Source of the DNA: Yuukianura sp. NJ FZ-2021 | Taxonomy: Eukaryota | Reading direction: 5' to 3' | Length of the DNA: 64,000 nucleotides | Assembly (NCBI GenBank): GCA_046563655.1 | Contig: CM102289.1 | Coordinates: 8,060,001-8,124,000, forward strand | Shown here: positions 27,101 through 39,100 of the stretch, piece after piece | Layout of the letters: the number at the start of each line of letters is the position of its first letter | Numbering within the stretch: position 1 is the stretch's first letter | The notes under the pieces: generated by a model | Told to the model about the DNA's origin: nothing | The model's database searches: none | The model's input: the letters and a program-made list of their open reading frames with translations, nothing else | Program-made: the position numbers and the translations under genes

Positions 27101-30100
27101 TCACCCGCCAACAAGCCTCTTGACTCTACAATTATTTCCTGCAAGTTAGGTTTTACCGTAGGTAGGTTACGTTGTGGTCTTAAAGAGGCTTGTAAGTTGT
27201 AGGAAACATGAAATCAAGAAATATTGCAATTGGCAATTTACTTTCTCCTGTACTAAATTCCTACTGCCCCAGTTCATTCATTCTTAAAAACACGCACTAC
27301 CGCCAGTAGTTAGCAACATTTTACAGAGAAGGAAGGGCGGGCAGGGGCGTGTTCAACTTAAATATTTTAAAAACCAAAACAAGAATGCTTCACATAAAAA
27401 TTCGGGAGAAAGTTAGACAAAGATGTTCTTAAAAAAAATCCGGGTAGAGGAAAATTTTGTTCAAAAATTCAAAAAATCTGTTCCTTCTGCTTAGGTTGTC
27501 GAAACGTATTAAATTGCGGTTTAATCTGTAAGCTAAAGCCAATTGCCAGAGAGAATTTAATAACAACTCTTCTGCTGAACGCAGAACTTATGCAAATCCG
27601 TTGCTAAAATCTCTTTCTCCTTCAACTTTCTCCAGTGAAGAAGAGCTTCAAGCTTAGCACACAGACTTCTGGGAAATTCATCCAAGTGAATATAATCCAA
27701 AGAGATTCAATGAGAAAAGCGCTTTTTTGTTCCGTTTTTAGAACAAGTTTTGAAGGGAAAAGGCTTTCCTTCCACGAAAAAAGCTTTTTAGTCTACTAAA
27801 AACCTAGGAGAAAGCACGCGCTTCAGACGCATCAAAACGTTGAAAATTTTGAATTTCAGAAGATTGAGGGCAGAGAATGAAGGCTGCCAGCTCTCTTAAC
27901 TTTCTCTTTTTCTTTGTGCAAGGACGCCTCTTTAAGTGCTCTCTCGAGGGAAATGCTATTCGTAAGAAACTTGGAAGTTGAGTTAGGCTAAAGTTAGATT
28001 AAGTTATCTAGCCTAACCTGAACTTACATGATTTCTTGTGTCTTGAGCATTTAGCTTGTGTTGACCACGACTTTCTCCATGTTTTTGGTTGATTTGAACT
28101 TTGTTATCCCATTGTCTCAGGTATCAAGTGACTTCAAGGGGAGCGTTGATCATCTTCCAAGCGAAATTCCAGCAGCAACTGTACGTCTGTGTAGCTCAGA
28201 ACACACTTAACAAGAAGACTCAATCAAGTGAGTGAAAGTAGTCCATAACCTAATGTAAAAATGTTAGGCTAAGCAGCCTAACTAACCTAATCAAAGATAA
28301 TGTCAATACGAAATGTCTAATTTTTTTTAGGTTCTCCTTTCTTGGTCAAAGGCTTGCAAGGTAAGAGAAAGTTTCACGCTTTCACTTTTTTTCTAGTAAG
28401 GTTCATTTCTGGTAGGGGTGAAATCTGGTAGGGCCTGATTTGTATTTGGATCTGGATGTTCCTCGATCATTTCCTTTTCATTTTATTTACTTCAATTTCG
28501 TTTTATGATCTCCGAAAACCTATCTTCCAGAACAGAAATCTCATTTTGTTCAATTTCTTTTTACTACTTTCATCAATGGTTCCTTGAGGAGAACACTTTG
28601 GGTGGCTCTTTAATAGTTTTTATTGGAAATTGAAAACAAAGGGAAACTAACAGCAGTAATCATTCTCCTCAGATCCGTGAAAAGAATAAAATCAAAGATA
28701 TTTGAGGGCCTTACAATTTAAGATCTCTTCTGTAGAAAATCCAAAATACGAAGCTGGGAGTTGGCACAGTCGGCAATCACAGCTTTGATTTGTTCATTTG
28801 CATTCACGGCGGCTTTCCTGTCAGCGTAGATGCCCTGTTCCAATGAAAAATTACTAAAACTGAACATGACTTGTGCTGAATTGGGAATGTAAAGTTTGGA
28901 ATTTGTTCTTGAAATACCTTGTCACTAAAAAGTTTGATATCCTCCAGCGATTTTTGCATGCGCTGGAAACTGTCCCGAGTTGCTGCCAGAAAGTCGTTAA
29001 CGGATTTCTCCTTTTCAACATTGGCTCCGCTTTTGCATTCACAGGATAAATCTACAAAATCTTGGATTCAGTTCATGTTGCTTAGCACATAAGCTTAATT
29101 ATCGAGATTTTGTGGTAAATGACATACCTGGGGTCAAGAGAGAGTCGATTGGATCACAGTCCAGAAGATCATTTATCCAAGCCTGCACTACGGCTTGACG
29201 ATTCCTTTGAGGTTGAAGGTATTTGTCCAGATTCAAACCTGCGTGAACAATTTAAACAGAACATTTGGAACAAAGAATCACAACTTCAGACAAATAGGAT
29301 AGAGTTAGTAATTGAACAATGACTTACGGTCAGGCTTTTGATACGTCGAATCACAGTCAACATCTTCACAGTCAAAGTCTCGATATCGTTTTGAAGTTGG
29401 AGAGTCGTTGTAATTAGTACGAAAAGTCAAATCGTCAAACGGACGTCGAACAGCTTTGTAAGGTTTGCCCTTCGTCGACCCACGTTGGTAATGACTGCGT
29501 GATGCCACAGATTCAATTGTTCGGCTCCGCTTCCAAGTAGTTCTAGCTGAAGGAGATCCCCAACTACTTCCAGAATTTGACTCTCCGTACTGACTTCCTA
29601 GATCCAGATTTCCGAATCGTCTTTTGTCTCTGTGCTTCGAGTTTTGTCTCCGATGTCGTTTCAGTTCTTCGTTCGTTGACAACGGAACAGGATCCGGCTC
29701 AGCGTATGAAAATGGATTTAAGATCCGTGTCAGCACTCGAGAAATAATTGTTGGTTTTTTGAAAACGTGATCATCGTCAGGCACAGACTCTTCGGGAGGG
29801 AATCGTTGACCACAGTCAGGGCATTCAACTCCGTCATCGTCGTAATGTACGTGACCCATAATGGCGTAGACAGGATTCTCAGTGACAATCTCTCTGACTA
29901 GAAGGTGATGACGATGTTAGATATTTGTTGAATTACTTCCGCTTTCATTGATCGGATCCACCAAGACCCACTGCTTTCCAAGTGTTTTCAGCGTGACCTA
30001 TAAACCCAGAGCAAAAACGATTTCCAAAGGCGATTAAATTATTTCAAACACTGCCGGGTTCACCGCATCAGAAAGACAATCGTTAATTCCGTCTTTGCGA

Positions 30101-33100
30101 CCGTTAGATCAATTAACTTGGCATTTGTTGACTCCCACTATCAACTCAGTTTCTAAGAAACCTTACCCAACAAATTCCTTACCTTATATGCCCCCGGACA
30201 AAACGAAAGTTACCTCGCCGATCTGCAGCAGGTCTGTGAGCATCAATTGCATTCAGTCGAGGATTCAATGAAGATTATCAATCAATCGACCAATATTAAT
30301 CAGTGAACGTTCCAAATAACTGAACGCAAGAAAGAAACGGCGTAAACTGATCGCAAAGCGCCTCCGGCCGAGGGAATGAACACAATGAAAACGTTGCGTT
30401 TGTCTTTGTTTACGTTTTCTCTCGACTCTTTTTATTGATACCGCACAAGCGCTATCACCCTAGCAACCATACATGGGCAAAAACACTTCTTTCTCCACTT
30501 TTTTTTCTCAATTTGTATTTTTACGTTTTTTTAACGCTTTATATCGCGTTTTAAACAGCTATACAACTTTTAGTTTAATTACAAGATGTAATTTAGATTA
30601 ATTACAAGGTTTTTCGTATTTGTCTTTGCAGTAAAACTATGTAAATGTTTTGTCCTTAATTAATAGATTACTCTAATGTCTAAAAATAGTACAAGCCTAA
30701 TTTCTAGGTGTTAGTACTTAAGCGCCCCGCTCACCAAAGTGAAACGACAGCCGCCGACAGTCGTCGCCACTTTTTCGTCTCACTTTGCACCAGCACACCG
30801 CCCAAAAAGTGAGCCGACAACTTTCGTCTCAGAAAGTGAAACGAAAAGTTTCGTCTCACTTTGACTCACTACACCCGCACACCGGGAGTCAACTCTCGCG
30901 ACAACTTTCGTCAGACGAAAGTGAGAAGAATTTTTTCTTCCCACTTCTTTCGTCGCTACCAGCACACCGGCCACCGAATCCCTTTCGGCGGCCAGAATTT
31001 TGTCGTTTCGGAAAGTTGAACTTTTTCAACTTCCGAGACGAAAGTTGTCGGCGCCACTTTTTCTGTGCATACCGCACACCAAATGAGAAGCAAGAATATC
31101 AAACCTCTTGCTTCTTTCAATCAAAACAGTACATTATAACACTTATATGATAGAAAATATGTTAAATATCTTCTTACAGTGTAAATACTACACAATTAAA
31201 GATCTGTGTTTGAAATTAATTAACCCTGAACTTAATCAGTGCAGTAAATGCCTATGTGATCCCTTTGAAGTCACTTTAAAGTCACTTCGGCATAATTCAT
31301 CAGTATACTAGTTACGTACAAGATTCATCATTGTTGTCTTGTGTAAGCCATGTATACTAGCATAGCTCTATGCTCGTTTCCTACTCGGTATACTACAATA
31401 AGATTTGTAAACAAACCTTAATTTTGAATTTATGAGAATGGCGCCAATCTACCCAAGACGGGATTTGGAATGTACAGCACACCAAGTGAAACGAAAGTTG
31501 GCCGCCGAACGTCGGTGCTACGTTTTCGTTTCACTTTGGCAGTGTGCTGTATGCAGAGAAAAAGTGGAGACGAAAAAAGTTCTGCTCCAAAAGTGGCACC
31601 GACGCGCTGTCGTTTGAGTCATGGCAGTGTGCTGTACTCAGAATCTGAAAAGACAAAGTGGAGCCGACAAATCGTCGTCGCCACTTTTTCGGGCCGAAAG
31701 TTTGGTGAGCGGGAAGCTTTATACGTCTAAATTTCTACTGACACCATTTAACCACTAAACCCTGCCATTAATAGCTCAATTAACAACTTAATTACTCAAG
31801 ATTGCGGTGCATTTTGCGCAGTGAACTTTTGGACTTCGTGAATGTCCTACTCCGAATGTAGCCGAAGAGGCACACGAATTGTTTTGAGCTCCTTCGGCAA
31901 GAATTAATCTCCAACCTAATTAAGTTCAGTTAACTTTAGTTGATAATGTTACGTCAAACTGAAGCTTCCGTAGTAGTAAACTGCAAGTCCATGCAACATG
32001 AAGGCGGTACTGGACGCTGGGAACAATCTGCTGAAAATTTTCCAGTGGTTTGTGGTTCCTACACTTAAAATGTAGTTGATACCGCCATGTTTTGGTTTCG
32101 GCCTTGAAAAAAAGTTTTATGAAAACAACGAAAAAATCGCAAGAATTGTAATACTTTCAGAATTATTTTATGTACCAAAGTGTCCAGAAAATTTCTGGAA
32201 GGAAATCTGGACTTTCGGGAGAAAGCAAAACATAACGCCACGAGCTTATGAAAGTGAAAGCACTTTTGGTACGTTATTTTTAGCCCCGACTTGAGCCGGG
32301 CGACTGCAATATTTTTCATCAAATATTTATTAAGATGAAAGTCCTTTAGTACTTAGGAGTTGGGCAATCTCTACTTCTTTCATACTGGAATTCCCTAACC
32401 GCCATTTTTTGAAGTAGCTAAAATGAAAATCATGTTTGGTTACTAGTACATTGTCTCCTAAAATTATTTCTAGCCACTTCCGGCCACGGGGTCATTGGCC
32501 TTCCACCGAAAACGTCAGCCCGTTGGGAGCAAACTGTGTCAGCGGAAGTTGGAAAAGCACTTGACCTGACCTGTCCCGCCACTGCCACTTCACCACTCCA
32601 CTTTAGGTAAGAGCCTCTTTCCAAAATTTCAAAAAATCCTGTGCACGCATTTTTCGAAAAGCTTTCACTCACTTTTTCCACTCAAAGTCACAAGTGGTTT
32701 TCTGGTCTAATCTTTGTGTTTCTGTGGTTTTTGGGTCCAATCTTTGAGTTTCCGCGGTTTTTCAAAAAAAAAGGCTATCGTTACTTTTTAGTGCGGTTGT
32801 GGTACCCATATGTGAAGCACTAAAGTGGTAAACCTCTGGATCACTTTGCGTCAACGTAGGATATTTTCTGAAGTTGCAATTTTCTGTTTCAACTTGTCAG
32901 TACTATTGACAAGTAGTACTGGCAGCATAGAGCACAAGACTGTATAGTAGTATCTATGCTAAACTTTCACCGCGTAAATTTCAGAAGAGAAAGCATCTCG
33001 TCTATCTATCTCTCGACCTCTTTTTATTTCCTGGAAGATGAAATGTTGTCGACAGGCCACAAATGTAGATGGATGATCGTCGAAACTTGAACTTCGTTGG

Positions 33101-36100
33101 CGCGCAATTTTGAGCCACCAGTGGTTTTTATTAACAAACGTCATGCCATAACGTAGGTTAAGCTAGGCAAGGCCTAGGTTATGTTATGGTTTTGTTTTCA
33201 TTCCTTCTACACAAGAAAAAGTTGATTTGACAAGGACAGATTGCCCTGAAGACTTTGACTCCAGTGGGATTCGGTTTGAAAAGCCAGAATTGTTAGACAC
33301 TTGCACCGCATGACCTTTTCCCGCCTTTTGCATGATTGAACGCCATGTTTTCTTTTCATAGGTGGGAAAAAGTAATTCCGAGTAGCAAGACTACAACTAC
33401 ATCCAGGATCTCCGTACCTACAGGTTTTGGTATTGATGCCTTCGGTCCTATTCTAAGTTTCAATCGAATTGACGACCGACATAATGGAACCTACCGCTGC
33501 GAAGTATCCAATACCTTTGGCAGTATCATTCTGGACTATCACCTTAGTCTGAGTCGCCTCCCTACTCTAGTCATTGAACCCAAGAGAAAGTTTATGCATC
33601 GAATTGGATCCTCGGTGGAATTGACTTGTAAACTCATATCATCACAGTTCAGTACACACACGCCTACTTTGGACAGTGACCAGAATCATAATGCAGCAGA
33701 ACTGACGTAAGAACTATAAAAAAAAAGTTTCAAAAAAGTTCAAAAACCTTTTGGGAATTGACAAATCTCTCTGGATTTCAAAAATTCTTGAATTTCACTT
33801 CCTCAAACCGTGAAATTTTGCAAAACTTGAATCAAAAGTACGATTTTTTTTTCAAAAACTTTTTTTAAGGTGGTACAAAAATGGTAGAGTGATTCCCGCT
33901 GGTCAAACTTCCCGCCCAAAAGTTACCGGCAACAAACTACTGCTGGTCAATATGCAACTGGATGACCAAGGAGTGTACCAGTGCTTTGGTTTGTCTGATG
34001 GACAGAGCTTCCAAGCTTCAACGGAGATCGTCTTTGAAGGTGAGAAAATTAACACCTAGCCTAACATTTCAAAAAAGTTAGTCTAACGGTAGGTCTGAGT
34101 AAAAGTGGTGAAAACTCAATTAAAAGTTGATGAAAGGCGCTTAAGTTCAAACGACCTTTGCTCAATGGCCGTGCAGTGAAACAGCTTAGAAGAAAGCTGC
34201 TTTTTCCCGCCTTTGCAATCTACTTTCTCCCAAATCTTCAAACTTTCTCTATTTACAAATTCAGCGGAAAATTTGAAAAAGCTGTAGAAAATGCAATTCA
34301 AAAGCTCACACTCACAGCTTTTCATCAGGCGACGATGTTACGTTTTTTTGAAAAAGCGGTAAAATTCAAAGTTAGAAAAATAGAAAAGCTACTACCAGTT
34401 GTAATGTTCAAAACTTTGAGAAATTTTCGTTTTGTATGAGGTTCTTTGAGAAGAAAAACTTTGCAAGTGCTCAAGAGATTGAAAAAATTTGAAAAATTTT
34501 CCGCTTGGAAGTGTTTAAAGTGCAAAAGTGATTTGTGAAATGGAGCGTATAAAGAAATCAATTAAAATGGCAAAGGTTACAAGTTTTTTTTGTCCTCAGT
34601 TTTGCAATTTTTTAGAGTCTTGCGCCACCCCCAAGCGGGAAATAGGAAAATGTCATTTATTTTTAGATGACAAGTTGGCATTTTAGGGCGCACATTCCAC
34701 TTTGCCATAAGTTCATTGAAACTTTTTCTCAAAATGGTTGAGCAGTTTGGCGGTTTCTTTCAAAAAAAGTTTGGAAAGAGGGTTGTGCGGATTTCCGTGA
34801 AAAGACGTGAATTGGGTCGACGTAGTTGATCTCCTCAAGATCTTCCCAAAGCACCACTAACCTAACCTATTTCTTTTTCTTTAGCAACGCCTCCGGAATT
34901 ACAGCAAACCTTTATCTCACAAAGTCTCCAGCCAGGTCCCACGGTGTCACTCAAATGTTCAGCCACTGGAAATCCTTTTCCAGACTTAAAGTGGTTTGTA
35001 GATGGGCAGGAATTGGTTTCATGGCCAACGGATGACCCAGTAGAGGCACGCTATTGGCCAATATCAGATCGCTACTCAGTAGGAAGTTATCGCCAGTACA
35101 CTGAAATAGTGTCGCATGTCAACATTTCCAATGTCCGGGTCGAAGACAGTGGAGCCTTCACTTGTACTGCGTCAAATCTCCTGGGAATTACGACACATTC
35201 GGCCAGATTGAACGTTTACGGTAAAAAAAATTTTTTTTTTCGCGTTTATAGAAAATGCATAAAAAAAAAGACTATTAATACGACTTTGTCCGTCTGTCCG
35301 TTGTTCTGTCCGCGTTGTTTTGTTTTGGTAGAAATTTTTGGTGGAATTTTTGAATTTTTTATGAAATGATATTTTTTTCAGGTCCGCTGTTTGTAAAAGA
35401 CATGCCGAGCGTCACTTTAGTTGCAGACGAAACTGCGCTGATTCCGTGCATGTACGGCGGTTACCCCGTTGACAAAATAGTTTGGCAAAGAAGCTCCAAA
35501 GAAATAATTGAGCCCTCGGGCAGCTCCAAAGAAGCGTCCAGATTTACCGTGCTGGTCAACGGTACTCTCAGGATTGACAAAATCAACACAGACGCTGACC
35601 GAGGTCAATACACTTGCCTAATTTCAAATCGAAAAGGAGAAACCGCCTCGGGCTCAGTTGACATCAACGTCATGCGTAAGTTCAAATTTTCCCGCTCTTG
35701 TACTTTGTCTGGAAATGATTAAACGTAAACCTATGGAAAATTGGGTTTATTTCAAATCCTACGTTGGTTGTGGGATTAAATTAGTCGCCTTCGGGCAATA
35801 AGCTGAAAGTCCTATTGAATTTTGGCGGAATTTCTGCAGATCCGCCTGTGATTTCCGTGTTCAGCTTTGACGATAATCTGATTGAGGGCCAGAGGACGTC
35901 AGCTACGTGTAACGTCGTTTCAGGAGATCTTCCGATTGACATCAAGTGGCTCAAGGATTACCAGCTCATTCCGTCCAGCCTTAACATTACGGAGATGCGG
36001 GTCAAGTTTCTGAGTTATCTCATTTTTGAGCAACTCGCCCGAGATCACTCGGGAACATACATTTGCTCAGCATCTAACGCAGCAGCAACTAGGAATCACT

Positions 36101-39100
36101 CGGCAATTCTCAGTGTCAAAGGTAAAAAAAAATTATACCCATTTTTCAAAATTTCTGAATTTAGATAACACAGCTTGATCCAATTTTTTGAAATTGCAAA
36201 TTTACTAAACGAAGACTAAAATTTCAGTGGAAGTTGGCGGAATTAGACTGAAACCAAGTTTTTTTTTTGTCACGTTTTGCAGTTTTGAACAACAAGTCTT
36301 AGTTTTAGTTATACAATGGCTAATGCTTGGTAACATTACAAATTTCAAGAAGCCTTATTTTCACGACAAACTTTTGCAAACTTGCAAAAAATTGAAATTG
36401 AGGTGAAAGTGAAGCCACATTTTTGCTATTTTTTTCCCCGCAGTGATGGATGGGATCCATTAGGCAGCTTTTATTAAAAGAAAAATAATTTGCGGCATTT
36501 TGTTAACTCTGAAAAAAAAAATTCCGGGTTAAGGAAAAAATTTTTATAACACACAAATCCATCATGTGCGGATGACGCAATCGTTTGTCGCGTCAAAGTT
36601 TACAATCGCTGACTCAGCGCTCGTTGGTGACTTTTTGAAAAATGTCAACACGATAACCCCAAGAGTGTTTTCAAAAAAATATAAACCGGAGAGTTTCAGA
36701 AAAAAAAAAACTTGAAGCGTTTTATGATAACGGCAGTCTATCAGGAAATGTCTCGGTGAAAGTTTAGTTTTTTTGTTCGATGAAGTTTTCACTTTCATTT
36801 CAACTGAAAGGTGAGATCTGGGAAATTTTCAGCTGTATCCGTGTTTACTTTTGAGCCGACTGCCACACCCCTTTTGAGTAATCCTTCATAGGATACACTT
36901 TAAACTAAACCTTGGAGTTCTGAAATTGTCATCAAGTGTGTACAATCTGCCTAATGAATTTCTGGGAAACTCAAAACCTTTGTGTGCATTTTCCAAACAT
37001 TTTCCCGCCTTTTAGTAAATTTTGTGATTTGGAGGGAAATAATGAAAATGGCATTTTCACTTTGCTCCACTCCATCATCTGAAACTTTCGAGTTTCCTTT
37101 GTCATCTTTGCTAAGGTAGACTCACAACTTACTAAATTTGAATTTTCAAATTCTTTGAAATAGTACCGCCATATTGGATTCAGGAACCGCAGGATGTGAA
37201 AGTCATTCTGAGGGCCAGTCATGTCATTCCCTGTTCTGCCGATGGTGTGCCAAAGCCAGTCATCAAATGGTTTAGAGGTAACAAATCTTATGTTTCTAAA
37301 ATAGTCTTTAAAATTGAAGAAAAATATCAAAAATTCGAAAGTAAAACATGAAATACTTCTGAAAACCTATTGCACTGTGTATACTATATTTTTAAATTAT
37401 GATTCCAATTTAAGTGATACCTAATGCCTCAAGCTAAAAAATTGAACACATAATGTAGCATGTGGAAATAGCTGTTGGAAACGATGAAACTGTGTTCAGT
37501 TTGCTACTAATAAAAGTCTATTTTTTTTTAAATTTGAGACCGACCTTAACATTCACAAACCAAAAAGTTATTTGACGTTGAAGTTGGCTTTAAAATTACT
37601 AAACCTCCAAAAGTTTTGCGAAATTTTGGAAGTTAGTAGTTCGTTTTATAGCAACTTTTTTGTCTCATTCAGTTTATGCATTAAAGCGCTATACCAAATT
37701 TTTTAAAATTTAAAAATATTTCAAAAATGACACAGTTTGAGATAAAAAATAAAGTCAAAAATTACATTTTTTTTGCAGATACGGGTCTGATGAAACTGCC
37801 AGTTCAAAATGATCGAAGATTTGAAGTTTTGGAAGACGGTAGTTTGAAGCTGGAAGAAGCTGAGGCCATGGATGGTTCCAATTATGTCTGTGAAGCTTCG
37901 AACGGAGTTGGTTCTGGATTAGGAAAATCAATTCGTCTCCACGTTAACAGTTAAGTGGAGAGCAGATTACTTTCTCTCAGATTCCCATTTTCACTTTCCC
38001 TTTATGCTTTTACGTGACGAAACCCTTTACTTGGGTACTTAAAGTCTACAACTTAAGAGTTCAACAAGAGTAACAAGAGTTCTCAATTGTTCGTGTTCTC
38101 GAATCTAATTCATTGACGAATCGCCAGAATCTACTTTTTCTGGTCAAAAGAGTTGAACAAATGAAGAATCCTTGTAGTAGAACATTGTCCATAAAAAATG
38201 TAGTCCAAGGGAAAGAAGAGACAGTCCCATGTTCATTAAAATCATTTGGTTGAATAGTTCCCGCCAAAGTTTCTGCCCCACTGACGTCGGTTGTCGTGGC
38301 CGAAGGAGTTCCAGCCCTGCTCAAGTGTCAAATTCGTGGAGACGTTCCAATTCAAGTTGAATGGAGAAAGAATGGGGTTGTCCTGAGAGAGGCCAGTGGC
38401 AGTTCCAGACTTGTCCAGGAGACAGTTCTGGAAGCCAATAACACAATTCTGCAAGCTGTACTTCATCTTACGCGGACAGAGAGATCCGATTCAGGAGTGT
38501 ACGACTGCGTAGCGTCCAATCATTACGGAAGAGACGAAGATCGGATTAGTGTCGAAGTCAAAGGTACGACATTTGGATTTGGCGCGTCAGCTTTTTTTCG
38601 CGCCAAAAAATTCTGCAATTTGAAATATCCGTTGTTCGTGTTTCAGCCAGGCCGCCGGCTCCGGAAGATTTCACGGTAGACGAAATTGGTTCTCGGTTTA
38701 TCCGACTCAAGTGGGCTCCTGGAGTGCAAACAGTCGACACTGCTCCAGTCACTTACTTTGTCCTGCAATTCAAAAAGTCTGGAATGTCTTCCTGGATAAG
38801 CGATGTGAACAACGTGACTGTCCAGTACCCAGCGGTCCACTCCGTCCTTGAACCCCTCACTCCGGTGACAAACTACGACATTAGGATTTTGGCCTCCAAT
38901 GAAATCGGTCATAGCGTTCCAGCCCAACCGTTGGCAGTTCTTACACTTCCGGAAGGTTAGAGCAAGAAAAAATAAGAATTTTTCTTGAATTTTTGGACAT
39001 TTTTTTCAAATTTTATGATCTGGCGAGTTTCGTGGCTATTAGACTGGTCAGTGTCAATAAAATCCAACTGCTTCACAAATCTAACCGCGGCATGACATTT

